Positions 50,915-63,895 are shown, counted from the whole stretch's first letter. The stretch is DNA of 63,947 nucleotides, filler included, from Octopus bimaculoides (GCF_001194135.2; 7 parts of 6 records of this genome joined end to end with filler, not necessarily neighbours in it), one strand, 5' to 3'. Numbers and translations: made by a program. Notes: generated from the letters alone by a model not told the origin.

Positions 50915-51590
50915 GTTGATTTCGCTATCGCCTGGACGGCGGACTCTTTAAACTTGACTGTCCGAGATCCAAAACTCCAATCGCTTTAGGATGGAAGTGA
51001 ATGCGGACAAAAGGAAGATATGGGCGCAGCCTGTTCCTGGACAAGAAATACCAGAAGTTACCATCAACATTGGGTACACGCCTCCGGCAGTTGTTAACGA
51101 CTTTCAATACCTCGGCAACACTCTCTCACAATCTGGAACATGCGAAAGAGACATCGACCACTCCATCAAATATGCTTCACTGGGCTTTCAGAAGACTCAG
51201 CAAGCGAGTATTCAACAACCAAGTGCTCTCCCTCCACACAAAACTCTTGGTTCTGCACCGTTCTAATCACATTGTTTTACGCCTGCGAGACATGAGCCCT
51301 GTATCGAAAAAACTGCAAAAGTTTGATCATTTCCAACAAGCCAAGCTTCAGCAGATCCTCAACATCAAAGAACAGGACCGACGCACCAACAACAAACTCC
51401 TCAATTGCTCAGAAATTCCGAGCATTGAAACTGCCATCCTTGAGCCTCGTCTCAAGTGGTCAGGACATGTCATCTGAATAGCCCCTTCAAGAATCCCGCA
51501 GACCATCCTTACAGCGGATTCGTCAACGACAAACGACATTGAGGAGACCAAAAACACAGATTCAAATACCAACTTAGTATCAAACTGGCT
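50915..51590 (+). mobile_element. RTE (BovB-like) LINE RT C-terminal fragment
   Basis: RLDGGLF; QPVPGQE..FQYLGNTLS; AFRRLSKRVF..TKL; ILNIKEQDRRTNNKLL..IPSIETAIL..RLKWSGHVI. Confidence 0.85.
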
Positions 51591-52528
51591 CAACAGAGAA
51601 AGTCAAAAGCAAAAAGAAAAAGAAAAGAGGACCAAAAGAAGAAAGCTGAACCGCAGTAGAAAGAAATTGAAAATAATGAGTTGGCTCTCTCTTTCGTCAA
51701 AGCAGTGACATGGCGTTCACAGTGCTTTTAAGAGAAGAGGACTACTTGAATAATATACACAAATATTATGGAACGGACCACAGTCAGCTTTCTGAGGTGA
51801 TGAGAGAACACCATGTAGATAAAGCCAAAGATAGAGTAAGCTTTATTTATTAAGGAATACTGTACTCACATAACAGCTAAACATGGGCTTTTTCTTGCTT
51901 GCTCTGACTCAAACTGTTCACAAGCCCTTTTCATTAAAACATATTTTTGGCACCATGCAAAACTTGTTGTTTGGCTAGCGAATCATTAAAGCTACACACA
52001 TTGTAGTAATTTGTTCTACACTTGCTGGCAACGTGAGAAAAGCCAAAACTTATTTTGTTTATTATTTTGTTTCGCTTGACAAGCGTGTGTATACATATAT
52101 ATTGTTTTTGCTGTTGTTTGTTTGTTTGTAGTTATTGGAGTTACTTTTGTTTATGTTGCACTTATTTGCGGTGTCGCACAATAAACTCTCGTTGTCTAGA
52201 TGTTCGTGTGTATTCACTTAGCTCATGATTATTTCTGTTTTCTGTTTGTTCTTTAAATTTTCTTTATTTTTTTTTTGTTATTTGTCTCATTGTCATATAC
52301 TGAAGTGTTCTCACACATTACGGTGCAACTGCAATATTGTATGCAATAAAAACTTTTTATTTGTTACAGGTATTGGTAACGACAATCAATGCTCCGAAAT
52401 TTCCTGCTTGTAAAGTAGCCAAAATTTTCTTCCAGTAGTAATCCCTTCTCATCGAAACTATCCGAACATGCCAAAACAGAACAATGTGTGTGTATGTGTG
52501 TGTATGTGTGTGTGTGTGTGCGTGCGTA

Positions 52529-52569
<41 letters not shown>

Positions 52570-53726
52570 CTATACCGTATGTCTCGACAAAAGAAGATCT
52601 CAATATCGTTGAAATAGAGGCCTATATAAGAAATATAATACAAGCATGAAACATTTACATCCAGAACTTGGAATTTCCCGGTAGCATCGAGTATACTTTC
52701 ATCCAATTTACTGCAGCTGTTCTTCAGTTGTCGTTCGTGTCCGTTACAGAAAAAAAAAACACCGTTGATGTGAACCAAGAAATATCACCGAACCATTTAA
52801 CTGTTCGAGGGGGGCAAATCTGATCGACTTAATTATGAGATTTTAAGAAAAATATTGTTACTATGTATATGTGAAGTTCAAAAGGGAAAATTAAAAGCAA
52901 GAATTCTTAATTTTTTTTAACTTAAAATTTAAGAATTAAAACTAAAATAAAATAAATATAAAATTTCAAAAAATTAAGATTTAAAAAATTAAACATTTAC
53001 AAATAAAGACTAAATAGGAAAAATAAATTAAATAGGAAAAATATTAAAACTTCAAAAACAAAGATTACGAAATTAAAATTAACATTAGAAATATCTAAAA
53101 ATTGATAGATGCCAATAAAAGTAAATATTAAAAATTAAGAATTAAAATAAAAAAATTCAACATTAAAAATTATTTTGTAAAAGTAACAATATGTGTATAT
53201 GAGAAGGAAATAATCATCATCACAACCCTCATCTGACCAAACCCTACATATTTGTCCCAAGAGTTCCAGAAGAATCGGTTTACAAGAGTCAAAACAACTC
53301 AATAGCCAACAAAAGCACTACATTAATGGCTATTTGGTTTTTGAGTTGTTTTGTCTCTTATTTCTAGCAACACTAATGCTGATTAGTGCCCTTGTTCCCT
53401 TTAGTAACGTATATATTTTTGCCCTTTAGATTGTAAAATTGCGAATTAGCTACCCATATAATATATATATATATATATATANNNNNNNNNNNNNNNNNNN
53501 NNNNNNNNNNNNNNNNNNNNNNNNNNNNNNNNNNNNNNNNNNNNNNNNNNNNNNNNNNNNNNNNNNNNNNNNNNNNNNNNNNNNNNNNNNNNNNNNNNNN
53601 NNNNNNNNNNNNNNNNNNNNNNNNNNNNNNNNNNNNNNNNNNNNNNNNNNNNNNNNNNNNNNNNNNNNNNNNNNNNNNNNNNNNNNNNNNNNNNNNNNNN
53701 NNNNNNNNNNNNNNNNNNNNNNNNNN

Positions 53727-53775
<49 letters not shown>

Positions 53776-54949
53776 TATATATATATGCGCGTGTGTGTGC
53801 GTGAGGTATGTGAGGGTGAGAATAGCTATGTCAATGGTTCCATACGATTGAGTGAAGCATATAAGTTTTTGTTAAGATTTATTTGAAATAAATTGGTTTT
53901 AATTCAACAACACACAACATATTTTAATATTTTATTCAATTTCAAATAATATTAGATTATAAAAATATAATATAATTTTATAAAATTTAGGTCAAAAGTA
54001 TTTGAAGACCACTGACCTACACCTCCCACTGTACTCCAATCCATTATAAAGAGCTAGCAACATACGACAACATCACATCATCCAGTAGATGAGACTATCA
54101 AAGTCTTCAAACATTGACGATGGATTTAGACGTTGTGCAGTTCTAAACACACTGCAAGAAATTCATGCAAACATAAGAAACAGCATTGATAGTAAAAAAA
54201 AGATAAAACTAGTACACAGCCGTCTTTTGAAAGCATGTATAAAGGAAGGCTGTTACTCATACATAAAATTATATACAAATGTGCGTTATTTGGTGCGTCT
54301 GTGTATGTGGTGTTTATATAAAGTTGTACATACATTTTCTACACATACACACATGCACAAACACACACACTCACACGCACACACATATTTGTCTTGCAAA
54401 AAATTTTGTCGATCATACGTATCAGTGTTGCTATCTAAAGTATCTTTCAAAATAATAATACTCATAGTAGTACTAATAATAATTATAAGGCAAAAGAAGA
54501 AAATGAACTGCTATTCTTTGAGAAGCAGTTGAAACCATTACTTCTCAGCAAGAAGAATTTTTTTGATTTATTTCTTATTTTTACTTATTTATTAATATAT
54601 TTTTCAGGACCTTTTAATCTTTCTTTGATCAATGATTGAATATTGGTCAGACTTTTACTGTTCAATAATTTAATGTTCTGTGATTCTTACTCAGATAATA
54701 CATGAAGAAATCTTCAAAGAATTATTCAAAGCGAAATTGAAGTAGCAATCGGAATAACAGTAGTTTTTCATTAAAACCAAAATCACTAGGAAACTATTGA
54801 GAAATTTTATCCATTCTTCTGCCAGTTTTATGTTATGGAATGTAGTTTGAATATATTATACATACATATATATGCATATGTATATAAATGTATGTATGTT
54901 ATATATGTATTATACATATATATGTGCGTGTGTATATATATAGTATTAT

Positions 54950-54980
<31 letters not shown>

Positions 54981-55249
54981 CATATATANNNNNNNNNNNN
55001 NNNNNNNNNNNNNNNNNNNNNNNNNNNNNNNNNNNNNNNNNNNNNNNNNNNNNNNNNNNNNNNNNNNNNNNNNNNNNNNNNNNNNNNNNNNNNNNNNNNN
55101 NNNNNNNNNNNNNNNNNNNNNNNNNNNNNNNNNNNNNNNNNNNNNNNNNNNNNNNNNNNNNNNNNNNNNNNNNNNNNNNNNNNNNNNNNNNNNNNNNNNN
55201 NNNNNNNNNNNNNNNNNNNNNNNNNNNNNNNNNNNNNNNNNNNNNNNNN

Positions 55250-55320
<71 letters not shown>

Positions 55321-55705
55321 GTGTATGAAGTCTGTCATGTTCAGGTGCTCACCATCAGCTATATAATTAGATGGCTTGGCGTGGAACAATATTTTACCTT
55401 TCATTGACAACAGTAAGGTGCGGCCAGCTTTTGTCTCTGACACGCCATTGTCAACTGAAAACCTGAGTTGTTTATCAAGAAACGTCCATGTTATCATAGT
55501 TATCAAATATTGTTATTGTTTTGGCTAGGAGACAGAGAGAGACAGAGAGGGGGACAGAGAGAAAGGCAGACAGAGACGGAGACAGAGACAGACAGACAGA
55601 CAGACAGACAGAGAGGCAGGGAAGGAAGAGGAGAAATGATGGAGGGTTGAAGAGCAACAGAGGGAAGAGGGAGATAATTATGGAAACTAAGAAGACAAAG
55701 ATATT

Positions 55706-55773
<68 letters not shown>

Positions 55774-56165
55774 AAAGGTTTGAATAAAAATGACCATGCC
55801 AATTGCAAGACTATCTCTTTAGATTGCTACTGTCACTTGAGGGGTAATAAAGCTGAACACTTTTAAAATTGGCTTTCTAAACCAAAGTTGGGTTGAATGT
55901 GTGTCATCGGTATGATAAAAAGTAGTTTGTTTAGTTACTAAATCTGTGTCATTGTCTGATGATTGTGTCGATGGATGTCTGACGAACAATGCTTATTAAA
56001 ATGTAACGATGAACAATAGGTATTGCTACAAAGGCAATATAACTTAAAGGATTCTTAACATTGCCTGCCATCTTCAGTTGAAAGCAGAAAATATAGAAAT
56101 AGTCACATAAAATCCATTGAAAATTGTGTGACATTTTCAAAGAGATAAGAAACGGTAATAAAAAA

Positions 56166-56196
<31 letters not shown>

Positions 56197-56336
56197 GAAA
56201 AGAAAAAAGATGAGAGAAATTAAACAAATTGTGTGCAAAAATGCTGGGGGACTTTGAACGAGGAATATACAAAAAAAAATTAATAAGTATTTCTCTTTAT
56301 CATTTTATATATATTTATTAACATTTAAAAACCTGG

Positions 56337-56365
56337 TAGTGGTGGTGGTGGTGGTGGTGGTGGTG

Positions 56366-56396
<31 letters not shown>

Positions 56397-56468
56397 AAGT
56401 CACAGCAGCAGTGGTGGTAGTAGTAGTAGTAGTAGTGGTGGTGGTTGTATTATTATTATTATTATTAT

Positions 56469-56502
<34 letters not shown>

Positions 56503-56522
56503 TGTTGTAGTAGTAGTAGTAA
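56337..56522. repeat. Compound (GGT/AGT/ATT)n microsatellite
   Basis: Direct. Confidence 0.95.
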
Positions 56523-56722
56523 TTGATGTTGTCACGCAATTGTCACGAGGCTGGTAAAATACGTACTTAAGAGTTCGTCTTTCATTATATTTCAAACCAA
56601 AACTGAATTTCAAATATGCTATCAGTTAGAAACTTTAGGACATCAATGAACACACATACACACGCGCGTGCGCACGCACACAAACATACATGAACGCGTA
56701 TAAGTATATAAGTAATATATAT

Positions 56723-56822
56723 NNNNNNNNNNNNNNNNNNNNNNNNNNNNNNNNNNNNNNNNNNNNTTAATTAATTAANNNNNNNNNNNNNNNNNNNNNN
56801 NNNNNNNNNNNNNNNNNNNNNN
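56723..56822. other. Artificial linker N44-TTAATTAATTAA-N44
   Basis: Direct. Confidence 0.9.
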
Positions 56823-56949
56823 ATATCTGGGTACATGACGTTGCAAAAGAACATGGACAAAATGCTAAACAAGGTACAACAAACAAGCAGGCCACATAGA
56901 GAACATATCCTTCATCAGCTGCCATCATTAAAACATCGGCGTTTCGATA
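56823..56949 (-). mobile_element. Family E element (divergent, truncated)
   Basis: Minus strand CGAAACGCC..GGCAG-CTGATGA-AGG; the end shared with other copies reads atctgggtacatgacg on the plus strand. Confidence 0.7.
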
Positions 56950-56951
56950 TG

Positions 56952-56990
<39 letters not shown>

Positions 56991-57734
56991 TATTGTGGTT
57001 TTAGAGTCAGGATTTGACTGCTATTTTTTCAGCGTGGTGGTATCTCTTGATACCCTGTATTATAATTTTAAACAATTATTACCTTTGATGGTTTTTATTC
57101 CCATGCTGACCACTTGATAAGATCAATATTTTAAATATCGATCTTATCCTTATTTATATAAATATATATATATAAAGATAATTTTAAGCGGATGAGAGTT
57201 ATCTCCCTTCATACATTGGTTAAGTAATTGGCTCCCTTCATACTTTGGTTAACTACATTGGCTGACTAATTATGTTAACAGATAGGCCAATGTTAGGCAC
57301 CAGATCTGTTCCATAAGTTCAGTCTAGAATTATGTACAAGCAAGCAAACAAACAATATTTAAAAGAATCTACATTATAATGTCTGTTGGTACTAATATGA
57401 TGGTTAAGTTGAAGATGTTCCTGAAATAAGAGATGATGTTCATGGTTGGAATATCTTTGATCAATGCTAAATCAAAGCTGGTATAGGGGCAGGACTGAAC
57501 AGTAATCACAAAAAAAAAAAAGCAGAATGGTGGTACCTTCTTCATTCAAAGATGGAATTTGATTCCACAGCTATACATCATCACCACCACCATCATCATC
57601 ATCATCACCACCGTTGTCATTATCAAAACTTCCAACACCCTACAACTACCAGAAATTTTGACACTTTTTCAGTAGAGACATTTCAAAAAAGCACGAAGCT
57701 GTAATCACCTCCAAAGATGTGTGTTTGTGTGTAT

Positions 57735-58079
57735 TTACTCTTTTGCTTGTTTTGATCATTTGACTGGCCATGCTGGAGCACCGTGTTTTAGTCGAAGAAA
57801 TCGATCCCTAGACTTATTGTTTGTAAGCCTGCTGCTTAATCTATCGATATCTTCTGCCAATTGCTAGGTTACAGGGACATAAACATACCAGCATCGGTTG
57901 TCAAGCGATGGTTGGAGGACAAATACACACACACACACACACATACGGTGGACTTCTTTCAGTTTCCGTCTACCTAATCCACTCACAAGGCTTTGGTCGG
58001 CCCGAGGCTATAGTGGAAGATGGAAGACACTTGCAGGACTGAACCCGGAACCATGTAGTTCTTACCACACAGCCATACC
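57735..58079 (-). mobile_element. Family A SINE, decayed
   Basis: Tail, body and head all recognisable. Confidence 0.85.
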
Positions 58080-58469
58080 TGTATAAAAATGAATGTATAC
58101 ACACTTTTATAATGCTCTGCTTTTACAAATATCTAGAAGCCTAAAATAAAACATTATAAAATACCCATGTTTGAAACATGGGTATTTCACGTTTCTTCTC
58201 CCATTTAAAACGGTTGACATAAATTTACGCACGCAATGTATATGCTTTAAATCGGTCTACGTAATTATAAGCCGCCTATCTTAGAACTTGTCGCCTGAGT
58301 TAGTAGCGGTCCACCTGCCAACTGACAGGCCAATTAGATGTTTCATGTAAATATTTGCAACCCGATAGGATGGTCCTGCCACTCCAGCTCCGTCAACTTC
58401 GTTGTCGCGTCTTGTTTCGTCGAATCTACGGTCGTCGTGCCAAGCTACACCAAGCTCCACTACTTCACC

Positions 58470-59560
58470 AGCTGTTTCATTCGGTTCGGACGATGACTCG
58501 GAGAGTGAATATTTTCCTAAGTCACAATCATGACTCCGAGAGCGATGATGATATTCCGGTGAATCAAAGGTACAGTGGGGCAGCAGTGAATGACCCTGGA
58601 CAACAGAACGTTGTGTATCGAGTGAGAGACAATTTCGTCCGACGGTATTTACTGATACGCCTGGCATAAAGGCGAACCTTGAACATGGAAGTTCGCCATT
58701 GGAAATCTTCCCCGAGTTTTTGATGGATGAAATATTCCAATATAAAGCGGACTAAACGAATGACTATGCTGAAACCCATCCCCACCATGTTAGACCCGGG
58801 AATAACAGTGATTGGTTTCCAACCACAGGGGACAAAATCAAAGTTCTGCTTGCCCTGCTGAAACTGATGGGCATCGTAAAGAAATCGACCCTGGTGTTAT
58901 ATTAGAATCGGGATCCAGTCACGTCGACACCTTTCATTCCGGAAACGATGCCACTTGATCGATTTTTGATGCTTCTTTGAAATCTACATTTCAACACAGA
59001 CGAGAACCAGGATTTACAAAATATGTCCTATCGTTGACTAAGTGGCTGAAAATTTCAGAACGGTGTATATCCCCAGACACGGCATTTGTACAGACGAGAG
59101 CTTGTAGAAATTCAAGGAAAGGCTCCGATTCAAACAATGCAACCCGACCAATCATGCCCGCTTTGGAGTCAAGATTTATAAAGTATGCCAGCCAACTGGC
59201 AGAGCCTGTGACTACACATGGAATTATTAAATCTACACTGATTAGGACTGAATTGCTCTTCCAGTGTTTACTCTAGCGTCAACTGATGAAAGTTTGTTTG
59301 ACAAAGGCTACAGTATTTATATAGACAACTGGTTTTCCAGTCCAAACCTCTTTCTGCAACTGTGGGACTGTGAGGACGCAAAGGAAAAACATGCCACCCG
59401 ATCTTCACAAGATAAAACCTCTGTAGGGGGAAACAGCGTACCGATGCACCGATAGTGGCATTCTCGCTCTAGTGTGGCGTGACAAGAAAACATCTGCATG
59501 TTATCCACAATGCACATACACTCTTGCTTACAAAACTCCACACACATGACATGAATAAAT
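58470..59560 (+). mobile_element. piggyBac (PGBD-like) transposase pseudogene fragment
   Basis: SPLEIF..TNDYAE..W..T..LMGIVKK..LY*NRD..TPF..MPLDRF..LHFN; ICTDESL*KFKERLRFKQ..RFGVKIYK; KGYSIYIDNWFSSPNLFLQL. Multiple stops; no TIRs identified. Confidence 0.88.
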
Positions 59561-59730
59561 TCTAAACAAAAACATAACCTCAAATTTATTCAATAAAAAA
59601 TTTTCCCAAACACCTTTCCATAACAACCCACCTTTAAACCTAATTACCACTCCACACAAACCCACACACCCAACGAAGATTTTTTAAGTCCATAGAAATT
59701 ATACAAAGCCATGATTAACTTCAATGCATC

Positions 59731-59775
59731 GCAGTCTGAAGATGGCTTGACTGGCCGAAACTTCGAGGTCACTGT
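59731..59775 (+). ncRNA. Minimal type I hammerhead ribozyme candidate
   Basis: GCAGT/ACTGT stem I; CTGAAGA 59736-42; one extra T; GGC/GCC stem II; GAAA 59757-60; near-palindromic ACTTCGAGGT; C17 = 59770. Confidence 0.72.
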
Positions 59776-60035
59776 CAATAATATTCTTGTTTACGAATGA
59801 TAATTTGTGCTCTGAAAAAGTATAGAGTAACCCATCAGATTAATGAAAAATTGTTTTTATTATAACCGAACATAAAACTAAACAAATATATATATACATA
59901 TATATCGAGTATAACCAGCCTAAATTGCAAATCTGGAACTCGATTGAGGAAAGAAAACTCCGAATGACTCGTCCTTGTTTTCTTTGTATCGTCTGTTTGG
60001 ATGTTTTGCGTTCTTGTCCCATTTTTGTATTATAT

Positions 60036-60105
<70 letters not shown>

Positions 60106-60134
60106 CAAATGATATATGAGCATATGCATGTATA

Positions 60135-61022
60135 TGTAGTGAACACCATTCTTTCCCACTGTTATAAATATAAACAAGTGCGGGCGTAGCAGGGAGCAGC
60201 CTGCTGTGTCATCACTTGACTGACTATTCTTTGCGCGGGTAAATTATCTCCACCCGTTCGCCCCAGGACGCAAACTGACCAACCACAGCCACTAATAAGG
60301 TCACGTGAGAGTGTTCTTCTAATGCTTTCCTGGAGCCCCTATATTACTATAAATAGCCTAAATTATCCCCGCCAATTCGTCGCGGCTCAGATCTTAGATC
60401 TGTTCGTTTTGACCACACAGGCGTAGCACAGCCAGCCAGTTCCAGCGACGACATCAACAACACCATCGTTCAGCTACAAACTACAAGCAACGCCCCCGAC
60501 GTCGACAGTAGCAACACGACTCTACGACTACCACGTACACAAGCTACCAACAGCTAACCGCAGCTTCTCTTCTCGACCCTGTTTGTGTGATTTCTTCACC
60601 ACGAAAATAACCAGAATCCGACACCTGCGAAGAACATCTGTATTCAAGAACCCGGCCCGGCATAGAAGCCCTAACATCACGACGAGTGATCGCTCTGCCC
60701 TAACGCTTTAACTTCTTATATACAGACATTTACCACTGTGTACTCTAAGAACCGGTATAGTTCCTTATACGTGTTACTGACTCTTATCAATACTTCAATA
60801 CTATATATCTCTCGCATTCACATACATGTATTACTCGCACACACTCTTTTGTTTTCATGACGGCCTGTATTTAATGTGTTTTATTATGTCGCATTCACAC
60901 TCACACACAGACATACGATTTAATGCTACAATAAATCTTACTGTTATACATCTCTATCGGTTGGTTCAATATCGTCTTCCTCACTGGCATTTCTTGGTTC
61001 ACTATGTTATAGAATTATAACA
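60135..61022 (+). mobile_element. Probable solo LTR
   Basis: TG...CA ends (TGTAG/TAACA) with TATA on both flanks, TATAAATA at 60348, AATAAA at 60930, relatively GC-rich interior, no ORF. The boundaries are ambiguous. Confidence 0.5.
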
Positions 61023-61149
61023 TATATATCATTTTTATATTTTGTGTTCGACCGTGTGACGCGTTTAAAAAAGGAGCCTGTTTTTCCATTCGTCACCATT
61101 TCTCCTTTTGGTTCGCACGGTCGTTCTTACATATATATACATATATGTA

Positions 61150-61343
61150 CATAGCTACATCTACATGTATATATAGATGCATATCCGGGTACAGGGCGTC
61201 AAAAGAAAAAAAGGAACGGGAACATAAATAAAGCACAAAAACGGACTTTTTTTTACGGACAACAGAATGAACACATAGGAAAACAGACGAGCCACTTATG
61301 GAACTTTTCCTTCATCAGCTGCCTCTATTCTAAACTAGGCGTT
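61150..61343 (-). mobile_element. Family E element, truncated within GAAAC by (TA)n
   Basis: ccttcatcagctgcctctattctaaactaggcgtt, nearly identical to 41762-41797. Confidence 0.8.
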
Positions 61344-61523
61344 ATATATATATATATATATATATAATTTAATTTATATAAGTNNNNNNNNNNNNNNNNN
61401 NNNNNNNNNNNNNNNNNNNNNNNNNNNNNNNNNNNNNNNNNNNNNNNNNNNNNNNNNNNNNNNNNNNNNNNNNNNNNNNNNNNNNNNNNNNNNNNNNNNN
61501 NNNNNNNNNNNNNNNNNNNNNNN

Positions 61524-61563
<40 letters not shown>

Positions 61564-61589
61564 GAGAGAGAGAGAGAGAGAGAGAGAGA

Positions 61590-62085
61590 ATTTAATAGAC
61601 ACAATACATGTTTTTATGTGCTACTAATAGTTTCACATGTTGAAAAATACCTCAAATATATTAATCGGGCACAAGCCATATATCATAATGAACTAAAATT
61701 GAATGAGAAAAGAAACGTGAAAAGTTGAGAAGGAAGCATATAGAAAACATGGAAGGTTAAAAAAACGGAAAACACAAAAGTAAAAAAAGCAGGTAGAAGT
61801 TATCTCCCTTCGACCTTCAATTATAAGTCTGGGAAAATATCAACACTAAAATTAACTTACCACATTTTCTATGTTTCCTACTCACCTTTTCACGTTTCTT
61901 CTCCCATTCAATTTTTAGTTTGTTATGATATGTGGTTTGTGCCTGATGGATAAGCTTGAGTATTTCTCAACATATGAAACTATTAGTAGCACTTAAAAAC
62001 ATGAATTGTGTCCTTTAAATAAATAATATTTATCTCTCACCAGATGGAGTACTTTTTTAGTCGAGCTTCCCATCACGGAACAGTT
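61590..62085. mobile_element. Fold-back/MITE-like element with about 170-bp inverted arms
   Basis: Arms 61591-61760 and 61852-62020; perfect 18-bp core at 61618-35/61975-92. Confidence 0.75.
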
Positions 62086-62414
62086 CATTATGGGTGTGTG
62101 CTTATTTGTAATTGTTCGTCATTAGAGCACAATATAAATAACATCCTAGTTTCTTTTTATATCATTTATCTCATATCTCTTTGGTATTACAAGTAATTAG
62201 ACAAGTTCATTAATAGCAGAATTAACTGTCACCCCGGTTTTAATTACCAAAATTTGGTTCACATTTATTTGGAAACATTCACAGTTACAAACAACTGCCA
62301 ACTTGTCTCTCTGTCTTTCATTGTTTTGGAATTATCTCTTCTTTTTTGAAGTGTCTATCCCTTTATCCTATTTTTCAATGCCTATCTGTCTGTCTGTCAA
62401 TTTATCTGTTTATT

Positions 62415-62602
62415 TAAGGCGGCAAGCTGACAGAAACGTTAGCATGCTGGGCAAAATACTTAGCAGTATTTTGTTTGCCTTTATGTTCTGGGTTCAAATT
62501 CCACTGAGGTCGACATTGCCTTTCATCTTTCGGGGTCGATAAATTAAGTACCAGCTGCATACTGGGGTCGATCTAATCGACTGCCCCCACCTCCCCAAAA
62601 AT
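62415..62602 (+). mobile_element. Family B SINE
   Basis: taaggcggcaagctgacagaaacgttagc..gcctttcatctttcggggtcgataaattaagtaccag. Confidence 0.88.
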
Positions 62603-62646
62603 CTATCTATTTCTCTCTCTCTCTCTCATATTTATATGTGTGTATG

Positions 62647-62687
<41 letters not shown>

Positions 62688-62787
62688 NNNNNNNNNNNNN
62701 NNNNNNNNNNNNNNNNNNNNNNNNNNNNNNNTTAATTAATTAANNNNNNNNNNNNNNNNNNNNNNNNNNNNNNNNNNNNNNNNNNNN
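62688..62787. other. Artificial linker N44-TTAATTAATTAA-N44
   Basis: Direct. Confidence 0.9.
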
Positions 62788-62807
62788 ATATATATATATA
62801 TATAACA

Positions 62808-63620
62808 AATGAAACAGCATTTCAAAATGCTGTGCTGTATTATAATAATGCATAATAAAGGAAAAGTGGATTCTCAGAGAAGATCCAGTATAGTCAAGCT
62901 AATTCTAACAATAATAGACCACGTAGAACTAGAACTAGGAAAGTTTTGCGGTTTAACCCCACGTTTAATACTGCCGTACAAACTAATATAAGTAGGGATT
63001 CTTAAAATTAGTTTCTAAACATTTTCAATCTCATCATAAATTCTATATAATTTTTAATAGAACACTGAAGGTTAGCTATTCTTGTTGCAAAAACTTTGCC
63101 TCTTTTATTAATCAGCATAACACGAAAATTATTGCAAACTACCACAGTGCTGAATCTAATCTGAGTAACTGCAACTTCAAAGATAAGACTTGCTGTCCGT
63201 TGGAAGGTAAATGTCTTGAAAAAGGAACCGTTTCTAAAGCTAAAGTGCAAGTAGATGGCTCACATGAATATAAAACTTACACAAGAGCTTCGGAAAATTC
63301 ATTTAAGACTTAGCTTTTAATTCCCACTGAAATTCTTTCCAGTAGCCCAAGAATAGGACATTGACTAGTCTTGCAAAGCATATCTGGGAATTGAAAGAGA
63401 ATGATACCCGTCCTTTCAATGTAACCTGGGAAATTCTTGAAAAAGTATCATCATACAGACATAGAGCTTATAAAAGACCCACGAAATGTAATCTTTACCT
63501 CTCAGAAAAGTTCTTCATCCTGTTCCAGGATAAACGCGCTTTGAGCCAGAGACATGAGCTCTTAAATTCCTACAGGCACGCCGCAAGGTTTAAAATGTCG
63601 ACTGATAAATTACCGTTTGG
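62808..63620 (+). mobile_element. Penelope-like element 3' half (post-RT linker + GIY-YIG), decayed
   Basis: NETAFQNAVLYYNNA..SGF..RTRKVLRFNPTFNTAVQTNI; CPLEGKCL; TSLAKHIWELK..VTWEILEK..KCNLYLSEKFFIL..LSQRHELLNSYRH. Confidence 0.85.
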
Positions 63621-63682
63621 GTAAAATGTTTTGACTTTCGGAAAATTTTGACTGTCGCATTTGAATCTGATTTTACATTCTA

Positions 63683-63895
63683 TTCTCTTTTACTCTTTTA
63701 CTTGTTTCAGTCTTCTGACTGTGGTCATACTGGAGCACCGCCTTTAGTTGAGCAAATCGACCCCAGGACTTATTCTTTAGAAGCCTAGTACTTATTCTAT
63801 CGGTCTACTTTGCCGAACCACTAAGTTACGAGGACATAAACACACCAGCATCGGTTGTCAAGCAATGTTGGGGAGACAAACACAGACACAAACAC
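63683..63895 (-). mobile_element. Family A SINE, 3' half
   Basis: ctcttttacttgtttcagtc..ctggagcaccgcctttagt..gccgaaccactaagttacg. Confidence 0.88.

Noticed and set aside
54089-54532. 147-aa ORF
   Set aside because: No recognisable domain; the 3' half runs through CA repeats and AT-rich sequence.
55375-55431. Possible 57-nt minus-strand exon (DNGVSETKAGRTLLLSMK)
   Set aside because: Plausible sites but no recognisable homology; chance occurrence is likely at this length.
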